Source: Vitrella brassicaformis CCMP3155 (lineage: Eukaryota; Protista; Chromerida). Taken from it: a stretch of DNA of 31,626 bases. The notes below the pieces were generated by a model that was given only the letters and a program-made list of their open reading frames with translations, was not told the origin of the DNA and did not search any database. Of this stretch, positions 11,507 to 21,591 are shown one piece after another. A program made the position numbers and the translations under genes. The DNA is taken from assembly GCA_001179505.1 (NCBI GenBank), contig CDMY01000679.1:1-31626 (forward strand), read 5' to 3'. Each line of letters begins with the position of its first letter. Within the stretch, counting starts at the first letter, position 1.

Positions 11507-12586
11507 ATGGCGTCGTCGTCGTCGTCGCATCAGATGCCTCCCACCACTCCCCAGCCCCCCGTCGCCCCTCCGCCAGTCCCCTCTCTACCCGACCTTGCCA
11601 TCACCAGGGCGGCAGACATGGCCATGTCACCCCACCCCGACAGAGGCGCCAAACTCCGTCAATGCATCGACAGATTGCCGCAGGCCGAGGCCAGCACCGC
11701 GCTCACACTCGTCGAGCGGCGCATAGAGGAGGCCATCTGTCGCCTGGGGCTCGAGGACGTCCTGGCCTTCGACGTCGGTGGTCTGGAGGACGGCTTGAAG
11801 TTGGTGCATGTACTGGAGCAGGGCAGTGGCGGCGAGTGGCGGGCGACGGGGCGATTCATTCGGCTGGCCGCCATCTATCGCCTCACACCCAATGGTAGTC
11901 TGCCCCTGCGGCTGTCGGCTGATGCACTGCCCTCCCCAACAGCCTTCCACCAGCTGCCGCTCATCATGGCCCTCTACAAGATCATCGGCCACAGCCTCGC
12001 ACACCAGGGGACGAGCCTGGCGCTGCAGCAAGCCAACAATGACGGTGCCTATCGGATCGGCGATCAGTCGTTTCGTGTGGTGCCGCTGAGTGAGCTGCCA
12101 GCCAACCATCCCTATCGCAGCGGCTACCAGCGGACCGATCCGGTCATCCGACATGAAGACCTACTCTTTCCCTCCTTTTGGTCATTCCTGGTGCGCCTGC
12201 TGGTTGGCATGGGCAACCGCTACAGGCTGATTCGACGCATCAACCACGATGATCCGCGCTATCGCCGTCTGCTGACTGAGACAATCACCAAGCAGCAGGG
12301 GGGCATCGCCGTGGACTACCGGCGCGACTTCGGCGATCTGAATCATGCCAACCCAGACGACGACCGGCGCCTTGTGATCGTGAGCGGCTTCCGGCCCAAC
12401 GAGAGGGTCGCTGCCCATCTGGAGGTATGGGGCCGCATCGACCTGCTCACAACCGAGGCATCTGCTGGCGGTCGATCTCAGCCGCTGACCGTCCGCTTCC
12501 CAACATCGCTGCCCCTCTGGCGTGCCGTGCTTAGCCACTTTCACCTCGGGCATCGCGTCATCAACAGATTCAGGTTGATTTTGTGA
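11507..12586 (+). CDS. Single-exon hypothetical protein, 359 aa, lineage-expanded family with motif RIEEAICRLGLEDVLAFD...LVHVLEQGSGGEW...FIRLAAIY
   Basis: Uninterrupted high-GC3 ORF from ATG 11507 (MASSSSSHQM) to TGA 12586. The ORF-track upstream extension is intron- or UTR-like. Confidence 0.8.
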   Translation: MASSSSSHQMPPTTPQPPVAPPPVPSLPDLAITRAADMAMSPHPDRGAKLRQCIDRLPQAEASTALTLVERRIEEAICRLGLEDVLAFDVGGLEDGLKLVHVLEQGSGGEWRATGRFIRLAAIYRLTPNGSLPLRLSADALPSPTAFHQLPLIMALYKIIGHSLAHQGTSLALQQANNDGAYRIGDQSFRVVPLSELPANHPYRSGYQRTDPVIRHEDLLFPSFWSFLVRLLVGMGNRYRLIRRINHDDPRYRRLLTETITKQQGGIAVDYRRDFGDLNHANPDDDRRLVIVSGFRPNERVAAHLEVWGRIDLLTTEASAGGRSQPLTVRFPTSLPLWRAVLSHFHLGHRVINRFRLIL

Positions 12587-12956
12587 GGAAGGGGGACAGA
12601 TGTGTGTGTGTGCTAAGGAGGGTTGACAGTGTTGGTTGATTGAGTGAGGTGCCTGGATGAATGGATGGATGGATGGATGTCATGTTTTTTTGTTTTGATC
12701 TATATGGATGAGTGCCGAATGAGCCATGGACGCATTCTTGGTGTGATCGTGCGCATGACTGTCTGGTCGTGCGTGTACTCAATGAGTCTGCTCGTGTGAC
12801 AGCAGCCGCTGGTGGACCCGACTGATGCCGTTCACACATACATACACCAACAGCCAGCCAGCCAGCCAGCCAGCCACGCAGCAGTCGCGCTGTTGGCGCA
12901 TTGTAGTCGCGCTAGCCAACAGCCAGCCACCCAGAGAGCCATGCAGCCGTCATCAA

Positions 12957-15274
12957 TCACGCGTGCATGACCATAGGGTTGATGTTCAGCAGCAGCCCAT
13001 GCGACTCCTCCAGTTGCTGCGCCAGCATCTCGCTGTACACACTCAGGAAACACTCAAGCGAACACCTATCCTCGGCTTCATCGGCTGACAGCTCGGGTGG
13101 GGGCTGCGATGTGCCGATGTAGGAAACATCCTGACACTGAACAAGGAGATAAACACGGAGACATGGATGTACTCAGAAGGAACACATGCGTACCTTCTGC
13201 AAATGGCAGGCTCTGAGAAAAAGGTCATCGAGTTGTGAGATGCTCTCGTATCCAGCCTTGTCCAGCACATCCTTCAACTGACAGGCAGACAGACAGACAG
13301 GCAGGCAACACGAAGGCGATATAGCCATGGTTCCCTTGAGGATGTCTCCCTCCCTACATTCCCACCTCGTCCTTGATCATTGGCTGCAGGAAGTCCAGGT
13401 CAGCGATGCCAATGTCAGCAAAGCTCTGTGGCTTCAGCAACTCGTCCGCACCGACCTCGTCGCCTGCACTCTCAGATGCAAAGAATTGATGCAATTCTGG
13501 AGCCCAGCCTCTTGTTTTGGCAGTACCATAGTTCTGCCTGTCGGCGACTGATCGTCTGTGTGGGGCAGGGATGTCTTTGCGGACACTGGGCACACCGAAG
13601 ATGCGCTTCGAATCAGGCCAAGCATTCGATCTGCATCCTCAGATCGAGAGACATGGGGCGATGGTGACGTGTCTCCTCTTTGCATGTCTGTTATTTGTCT
13701 GTCTGCGCTGGGGCTAACCTCCCTGGTTTGGTGCATCTGCCAACGTTGGCGTCAGCTTCTTGGTCATGCGCGGGATAGAAGCCCTTGACGAGATCCTTGA
13801 CCTTCACCTCATCCTCGCCTGCCAACCATCACTTACCATCAGAAGAGCTGCCTGTCCCCATTTGTCTCTACCTGAAGGCAGGCCGTAGAAGAAATCAGGC
13901 GGCACGGGGGGCGCCCCATGCCCCTTGGTCTTGGATCGACCGATCTCCCCATTCGTGACCTTCCGAAAGTCCTCCGTCAACTGGATGCAAGAGGGCGAGT
14001 AGCTTTGTATTCATCTGTCTTCGTGTCTCGCCGTCGCAGCTTACCTTGCCGACGATTTTAGTCTTGGGGTAGGCTCCAGGGTCAGGTTTGTTGCCTGCGG
14101 CAACCTGAAGGTCGTGACAACCGACCATGCTCTTGCGAGTGCCATCGAGCTCCTGCAGTGCAAGACAAACAAGACATAGATTTCATTTTCTGCATCAGTA
14201 TGTGTCTCACTCACCCACCGGGTACTTTTCAGTCGCTCCGAATGCGTATGTGTTTGGATTGACACCCTCTGGCCACTGGTACCGGCGGTTGACAGGCTCG
14301 CCTGGATCATAGTCGCTGTGCGTCTTCTTGTAACGCTCCTTTATCTCGTCTGTCACGCGTATGCATGCAGACGTTTGACAGATGTGTGCCTTCTCGTGGC
14401 GTCTGACCCGTTTCCAGTGGTTTCTCCCTCGGCCAGATGGCCCTCTTGACCGCATCCTGACCTGAAGCGACGACAATCAATGGAGGCAGTGGACCACGAT
14501 GGCGTCGCATTTCGTACCCTCGGGGCTCTGTTTCACACCAAAGCGGAAGCCGGCCTCATCCGTCTCTGAATGGCAAAGCCACACGACGCAACACACATAC
14601 GCTCGATTAGGCATCCCGGGCTGTTGACTTACTTGCGGGAAGGACGTGGCCCCGGAACATGGACTTGCCCCGAGGCTCCCTGCACACACATCAACACATA
14701 CTAACAGCATGTACATGAGAGCCATTGAGACACGCCCTCTACCTTCTTCTGCTAGCGTAGAGTGTCTCTTCCTTGCGGTCATCATCGAAGGCCTTGAGGC
14801 CGAACTTGAGCTGCGACTTCATCACATCGGCCGCCGTCACGCCCTGCACAGACCTGCGCACATGGCACTCGAGACAGAGGAGTGAAAACCGAGTGCCTTC
14901 TTATGTGGCTCACGTTTGTCCGAATCGTGATGTGAATGGGTCGATGGGGAGGCCCTCCCTGAGTCCCCAGTGCAGGTTGTTGGCGCCTTGCGTCATGTTC
15001 TTGCGATACTTCTTCTCTCGAGGGGGTGTAGACGGAGGCTGACAGAGATAGACGGGGGAGGCAGGAGATAGGGAGAAATGTCAGTGCAGCAAGGGTATTT
15101 GCTCGCCTGGCGGTATTTCTCCGGGTGTATGCAGGTCTCTGTTGACTCGCCGTCGTGGACATGGCCCTTGCCAGCCGGGACAATGAATGGGTAGGGGTCC
15201 TTCTGCAGTGGCCTTGCGCCACTTGCCATGCCGGGCATGGGAGGGCCGGGCACACCAACCTGCAATGTCGTCAT
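12957..15274 (-). CDS. EFHB: EF-hand domain family member B / CFAP21-like ciliary microtubule inner protein, multi-exon
   Basis: Spliced exons give DPYPFIVPAGK...RQPPSTPPREKKYRK...LHWG, KEETLYASRRREPRGKSMFRGHVLP, RYKKTHSDYDPGEPVNRRYQWPEGVNPNTYAFG, KPDPGAYPKTKIVGK, ELLKPQSFADIGIADLDF and a C-terminal LKDVLDKAGY...LFLRAC...CSLECFLSVY. These match my recollection of EFHB/FAP21 motifs. Stop TGA 12959-12957. The start could instead be ATG 15238 or 15229. Confidence 0.75.
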
Positions 15275-15334
15275 ACTTGGCGACGGCTCCGGGACCCTCA
15301 CTGAACTGACGTTAGGCGAGCTCCTGGGTGGGCG

Positions 15335-15376
15335 GCGTTCGCGTTCGCGTTCGCTTTCACTTTCGCGTTCGCGTTC
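15335..15376. repeat. (GCGTTC)n hexamer array, 7 units with 2 variants, in a divergent intergenic region
   Basis: gcgttc x3, gctttc, actttc, gcgttc x2. Confidence 0.9.
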
Positions 15377-15458
15377 GGCGAGAACACGCTCGGAGAGGGG
15401 AAGGAGGCGTGGAGGAGGGGAAAAACGTGGCGAACGGTGGGAGCCCGTCGGCGAGCTG

Positions 15459-15478
15459 AACCCTAAACCCTTACCCTA
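15459..15478 (+). promoter_or_regulatory. Telo-box-like triplet (aaccctaaacccttacccta)
   Basis: Three degenerate CCCTAAA units about 130 bp upstream of ATG 15608. A regulatory role is inferred only. Confidence 0.4.
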
Positions 15479-15607
15479 CAGGCTGGTGGTGGAGGAATCG
15501 CAGCGCCTGACGTGTCAGCCGTGGAGCCGTCGAGCTCTTCGGCGCGCCCAGCTCAGAGATCGGCTTTGTCATTCGCTGGCCTTCCAGGGGCTGCGGCGGG
15601 CAGTGAA

Positions 15608-16450
15608 ATGGCAGCGAGGGATCAGATGCTCGAACAGATACAAGCCTATCAGACCAATCAGGCGAGGGTATCTGACCAACCAACACACTCACTCATTCAC
15701 TTACTCAGTGCATCCATCGCTCATCGGTTGCCTGCTTGTGTTGGGTTGTGTTGGGTTGTCTGTGTGTGCAGGTCAACAGGCGCATCTGCCGACTCTCTCA
15801 AGTGGACGCCGCTGCGACCACGCCGCTGGTGCGGCCAGACTGCCACATACAAGGACTACACCAAGGCCTTTGTGTCCTGATGCTCTCGTGTTCCTTATTC
15901 ATTCATCCGTTCATCAGATGGTGGCGAAGGTCAGTCGTCAACTGTCCGCTGAATCGGCCCGTCTGGCCCAGCTGGCGGACGGCATCGACTCGACCATCGC
16001 ACTCACAGCACACACACACACACACACACGCACACACACACACACGCACACACACGGCCGCAGGTGTGTCTTTTTGCATGTCATCAGGCTCGACGATTGC
16101 ACGTGACTGACATACCTCCTGAGCCGATGAGTATCGTCCTGGCACTGTCCGACACCGCCGCCGTCGGCCGCTCCAAGGCGACTTCACGCCACTTCAGAGA
16201 CGCCCTGCGGCCGATCATCCGCAATATTCGGCTGCGGCAGGCCATCGAGTGTGCGGGGTTTGGGCGGTGTAGTGGAGTTCGGCGCTGAGGTGAGCCACGG
16301 CGATGTTATGAAGGCCATGTGGATGCTGGAGGAGGCGGGCGAGGGCGGGTGGGGTTGGCGGACACACTCAGACTCTCTGAGCATATCGGCTATTGTCAGC
16401 TGCCCGTCACTGTCGGCACTGGAGACCTGCAGACACACGCCATCAAGACG
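15608..16450 (+). pseudogene. F-box-like protein gene of a lineage-expanded family, with two frameshifts and apparent 3' truncation
   Basis: Exons MAARDQMLEQIQAYQTNQAR | VNRRICRLSQVDAAATTPL | MVAKVSRQL...IALT | ARRLHVTDIPPEPMSIVLALSDTAAVGRSKATSRHFRDAL (F-box-like). A +1 shift at G-run 16255-16258 leads into GLGGVVEFGAEVSHGDVMKAMWMLEEAGEGGW. A -1 shift at G-run 16351-16354 leads into LRLSEHIGYCQLPVTVGTGDLQTHAIKT, then donor gtaagc at 16451. Confidence 0.65.
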
Positions 16451-17099
16451 GTAAGCACGACACACAGCGGGAGGCAGCAATGAGGGAATGGCTGTTTGTG
16501 TTTGTGTGCGTCTGTTGGATGCAGGAGTGACTGCGTACGAGTAGCCAGCAGTGAGGGAGGGAAGGGTAGTCTTCTGTCATGGATGGCTGGATGGATGGAC
16601 TGCGGTGATTGCGATGGATGGATGGATGGAGGCCTGATAAGGGGCAGGGCTGTGCGTGGTGCGTTTGGACCATTCCATCTTCATATTTTGAATGTATGTA
16701 TCTGAGGTATTACGCCTTCACCATTGTACCATCAACACGTGTGCGCATCTCATCGATCTCCATGGACTCAAACAAGCCTGTCTTGTCCACCGACACACCC
16801 AGCCATGTCAGTGCACACCTCTCTCTCTCTGCTTCCCACACACACACACAAAACAATGCGCCAGGCAGCCGCCCGTCCATCGGCAGAGAAAGAGAAATAT
16901 ATAAGTCAGGCGCACTCAATCCACCCCCAGGGGACCGAGACAAGTACAAAATACACACAGCGTCTGGTCCATTGTACCATCAACATGTGGGCGAGTATAC
17001 AATCGTGCAAGTCACACAGACGGATGGCAAAAGGACACACACGCAGAGGGGGGATGCTCGACCAAACGGGCAAGTGCAAAAATTTGGCCTTCAGTCCCT

Positions 17100-18560
17100 C
17101 AAATAGAAGGAATTCGAATGAATCGCTCGCATCGCGTATGCGCCCTATAAGGGGCACCGAAAAAGGCGACGATTTACAATGAGGTCTCGTCCCCCCAGTT
17201 CAGCTACACAGAGGAACCATGAATCCTCCATGAATCCTCGACTAAGAATCAAACAAATTGATGAAGACAGATCGCTACGCAGTCCACACTAGCTGAGCTT
17301 TTCTGCCATATATAGGGCTGAGGGAGCCTGGCACACTCAGGGATTATCAACGGAATCCCTGAAGAATTGCCGAAATCCTGGCCACTGACGTCCTGACATA
17401 TGAATATGTCGGCAGAGCAGAGGGAGTGGGTGAATGACAACTCTGCCCTCACTATCGTACCGACTGGCATCAGAGCTGAAAGGGGCCACAGATATTTGGG
17501 TAATCCCTGCTCATATAACACACATCAAGGGAGGATGTCTGTGAGTACCTCTTCGGCACGCTACGGTATGTTGGGCAAGAGGCCACCCTTGTCTGTGCCG
17601 TCAGGGGAGCGGCATACAGAGGGCCTGCTGTGATTAGCGGGCGGAATGAACCCGACTGGCGTGGCCCGAGATAAGGTGGAAATGATGAAGGAAGACATGG
17701 CGCACAGGTCGACTGCGGGTAGCGCCGCCTTTAGGCCTCCCTCAATCAGAACGACCCAGGGCAGGCGCTCAGTTTAGACGACAGAGGGCCCTAAAGGAGC
17801 CGTAGAGATGCCCAAGGCAGTGATATGAACCTCCGCACCAGCCGGCATCCCTTGGACGCCGGTATCGATTTTCCTCTCTGCGCATCTCCGTCACCACACG
17901 GCTCCCCCAAAGCACCACCACCGCACATGAGCTGATGGTCCTGGATTGCTGGATGGACGTAGGTGCCCACAGGGTCTGGCTGGTCCTCTCAGGGTGCTGG
18001 CTGCTGAATGAATGATGCTCACGAAGGATCAGTCCCCTCACGCACGCGCCTCATCGATCTCCATCTGATCAAACTAGCCTGTCTCGTCACTTACTAGGTC
18101 GGTGCTGAATCCCTTGTCCACAACAGACAGCGGCTTTCGCCGCAGGACCAATGCACGCACACCCAGCGCCCTTGTCGGCCCGCCCTCGTTGGCAACAGAG
18201 CACTGCAGCTGTGGCACGCGCAGCATCTGCCCTGGCGATGTTGAACTCACTCCTGCAGCATCCACACGTCCAACACACACACAGACGATGACGAGTGCCA
18301 CAATGACGGAGTGCCTACACCCCAGCCCGAAGGCTTCCCGAAGGCTCCCCGAAGGCCGATGCATGAGGTGAATGAGACTCGGTCGGTTCATGAGGTTCCG
18401 TCGGTCGAAGCCCTCAACAGAAAGCAATAGACATCGCCGCTTCTGTTGAGGGCACTCTTGCCGAAGACGTCCAGGGCTTCAGGCAGCCGCATCAGAGGGT
18501 CGACTTTCTCACGCCGTACGCTTGCCGTTGTTGGCCGTTAGAAAATCGGAGAAATGGCTC
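17100..18560. pseudogene. Decayed coding-like island, strand and identity unresolved
   Basis: Largely microsatellite-free with codon-like stretches but many stops in every frame. Minus-strand splice signals (acceptor about 18253, donor gtaagt about 18094, acceptor about 18003) flank QMLRVPQLQCSVANEGGPTRALGVRALVLRRKPLSVVDKGFSTDL. The plus strand has weak RT-like words. Confidence 0.3.
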
Positions 18561-19152
18561 CGCTCCCTCGTTGCGTTTGATAAGTGTGGCCGGCCCTGTG
18601 TCCTCCCCTCATCGGAAAGTGAGGATTAATTGCCACTCTCAGCCGGCTCCGCGCTCTGATTGCCACTCTGACGCCAGCCCCGCCGGCAGCGGCTCTCGCC
18701 TTTCTACGAGCTCACGTGAGGTGCCCCACCGTCACGCAAGACGATGGATGACACGCTCAGCTCGCTCAAAAGAGGGCCATGGGCGAGCCACAGCCTGTCT
18801 TCCCATGACTTCCTCATGAGAGGTGGTTTTTGGAGAGTGATGGAGAGAGAGAGGAGCAGACGGAGGCCTTCATCACAACGCCCGGCCTCTTCCTGTCGTC
18901 AAACTGCCGGGCTCTTCCTGCCAGGGAGGAGGCTGGAGGCGTTGCACCAACTCCCCCCTCCTCAGCCTCACCCAACCGGACTCCTTCCCCATCCGCTTAG
19001 CGTGTCCGTCTCCGGAGCCTCTACACTTGGACCCTGCGAAGCTATGGCCATTCTGAAGACGACATACCCTCTAGTGCTCAAGCACGACAGACAGGGAGCA
19101 GAGCTACCTCGCCCCCAGTTGCGAGCAGGAGGGTTCAAAGAATGAAGGTGAT

Positions 19153-21399
19153 TTGACTCACCGCCATTGCCGTGCTTCTCGCCACCAGAGCCAGAACGGC
19201 GGATTTTCCGTCGACGGGCAGACCATTCATAGCAGTCCGGGTGTGAGGGAGATCATGCCGTCGTATTGGTATTGGCGGCATGTGGCTGAGGATGGCGTGT
19301 GGCGCTGGCGGTCCGTCAGACACGAGGTCAGCTGAATGGATGATGACAGCACTCGAGAGGCGGCTCCCTTGATGCAGCCGCCGCAACAACTGTTGCTTTC
19401 TCTGCTTGGTCTGTGTGCAGGTGAGGATTGCTGTGGTTCCGGTTCCTCAGGAGGGCTGGTCCTACCGACTCACCTACCAAAGCGGGCAGCCACCCACCAC
19501 ACACGACAAACAGGTCGGTGGCAGAGACGACACACCTGGCTGCATTCCCATCCCCTCTGTGTGTGTGCTGTCAGCCATGGCATCGTCTGTCCCGCGGTGC
19601 ACTCGTGTGCATCTTCGGCTACCTGTACCCATGGGAGCTCGAGCGGCTGGACGCCTCGCTGGGCGCCCCGCTGTTTCTCCTCGCCCCCGCCCACTACTCA
19701 CACCTCGCCATCGACCCATCCGATGCCGAGGCCGCTCGCCAGTGGGCGCACATGCGCCCTTCCGTTGCTGTCCAGTGGGGCAACCGAGCGGTCAACCTCC
19801 GCACAATCACCCAGAAGCAGCCCCGCAACGGTATCTGCCTGCAATCCGGTGTCGGCCTGGGCTGGTGTGTCGTGACGATGGTGTGTTTGGTTGAGGGCCA
19901 CGCGCGCAGTCGGGCGGCCATGATCGAGAGGCAGTAGAGGGCGGCGGGGGCGACGGGGACGCGCCCACAGCAGGAGGGGTCGCTCGAGCAGATCACCGTC
20001 ACGGATGTCAACCGCATCGTCACTGAGTGTCGTTGGCATGAGTTGCCGCAATTCCTCGGCCCCCCGATCACCCTCCACTCACATCCATCATCGGCCTGGA
20101 CGGCCACAGCAGCGACCTGTTTGACGAGCTCAAGTGGCGGATGCCCCGGCTGGAGGAGGTGCAGTTCAGGTCGTGGTGCAGACCGGCCTTCGTGCGGTCT
20201 TCGGGCTGTCTGCGGAAGATCAGTGCAAGTGCAAGACCCGGCTGGGGCATGACCACAACCACAGTTGCCGGGCTTCTTGACGGCATGTCCACTGGCGCAC
20301 TGGAGCAGCTGGAGATCATCGAGGGCGTGGAGCTGCCTGGGCACCCGTTAGATATCCTAAGTCTGCCGGTGAGTGGGTGGCTGGATGGGTGAAGGGAGAA
20401 AGGTGACCATGGTTCCTGTGCTTTGATTTCAGGAGCTTCGCGAGCGTCTGCTGGAGGGCGGCTGTCGTTCACTGAAGCGTTTGGTGTTTCACGTCCCACA
20501 GCATCCGAGACCATCCGACCCCGACGAGCGCGATCCTCACTGGTACCCGTCGGTGATCGGTACTTTGTGGGAGATCGACGGCCTCAGATCCCAGCTGCCC
20601 GCTCGCAAGATCATGGCGCCCAACTGCACCATCGAGCTGACCTTCCCGGCCGACGGCATCAGCATCAAACTCGGCCCTGCCCACGGCCTCCCTCACCCCA
20701 GCGCCATCTCGCCCTTCGTCATCGGCAAGATGGGCCAGATCGCCAGGGCCATCACGCTCATCAAGTGGAAGCCTACCACACCCAGACCCGATGACGATAC
20801 TGACGACCGGCACAGCGGCGCCACCGACCCGGCCGCCTTTGCCGATATGCACCGATTCCCAAACGTCAAGGAGCTGCAGATCAAATCTGGCAGCATCGAC
20901 CTCTCCCAGCACCCTCCCACCTCCCCTGTGTGGTCTGCGCTGCAGCTGCTCCCACAGGACGCCTTCCCGGAGGGCATGCTGCTGACAGCGGAGGGGCCAG
21001 TCGGTTGTGAGGCAGCTCGGCAGCTGGCATTCACGGGCAAGCTGGCCGGCAAGGTGGCGTCTCTGGCTCTCCAGAGCTTGAGCAGTAGGGAAGCAGTGGA
21101 AAAGGGTGATGTGATGGGTGTGCTGGAGGCGATGGGGAGCGGGGAACAGCTACAGGAGGCGCTCCTGTCGGCGAGGGATCGGGAGGGCCTGCTTCATCGT
21201 CTGGGCGAGAGGGCGGACTACATACCTGCAATCCGGCATCGGCACGTGTCTATGACTGGTACGTTGCACTGCACGTGCACACAGACGGACGACGCACTAT
21301 GTATGTAACGCATTCCATTCCATTCTATCCCTTTCGTCAGGCATTCCATTCCATTACGAGCTCCTGGATTTTGGCTTTCTCCCCCGAGGCTATGAATGA
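19153..21399 (+). pseudogene. F-box-like protein gene of a lineage-expanded family, with an in-frame stop and a frameshift
   Basis: Exons ...WYWRHVAEDGVWRWRSVRHE | VRIAVVPVPQEGWSYRLTYQSGQPPTTHDKQ | PWHRLSRGALVCIFGYLYPWELERL (F-box-like). In-frame TAG 19935-19937. A -1 shift within about 20020-20070 leads into LTSIIGLDGHSSDLFDELKWRMPRLEEV. Intron 20369-20432, long exon 20433-21258, final exon GIPFHYELLDFGFLPRGYE* (TGA 21397-21399). The 5' end is unresolved. Confidence 0.65.
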
Positions 21400-21591
21400 A
21401 TGATGAGTGTACTGGTTTTTACGCGTGAGTGACTGGCTGAGAGATTGAGCGGGAGACCGAGAGCAGCTACAATACATTTAACCAGCCATACCAATGTCAA
21501 CAAGTCCGGTCCACAAACGCATATGAGCAATAACCGCAACGGAATCACAAATCACAAAACCCAAAACACGGCTGCATTGCACGCTCTCATG

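Noticed and set aside
17150-19937. Stop-codon reassignment or readthrough as an explanation of in-frame stops
   Set aside because: All three stop types occur together with frameshifts, and intact genes in the window terminate normally with TAG and TGA. Ordinary decay is simpler.
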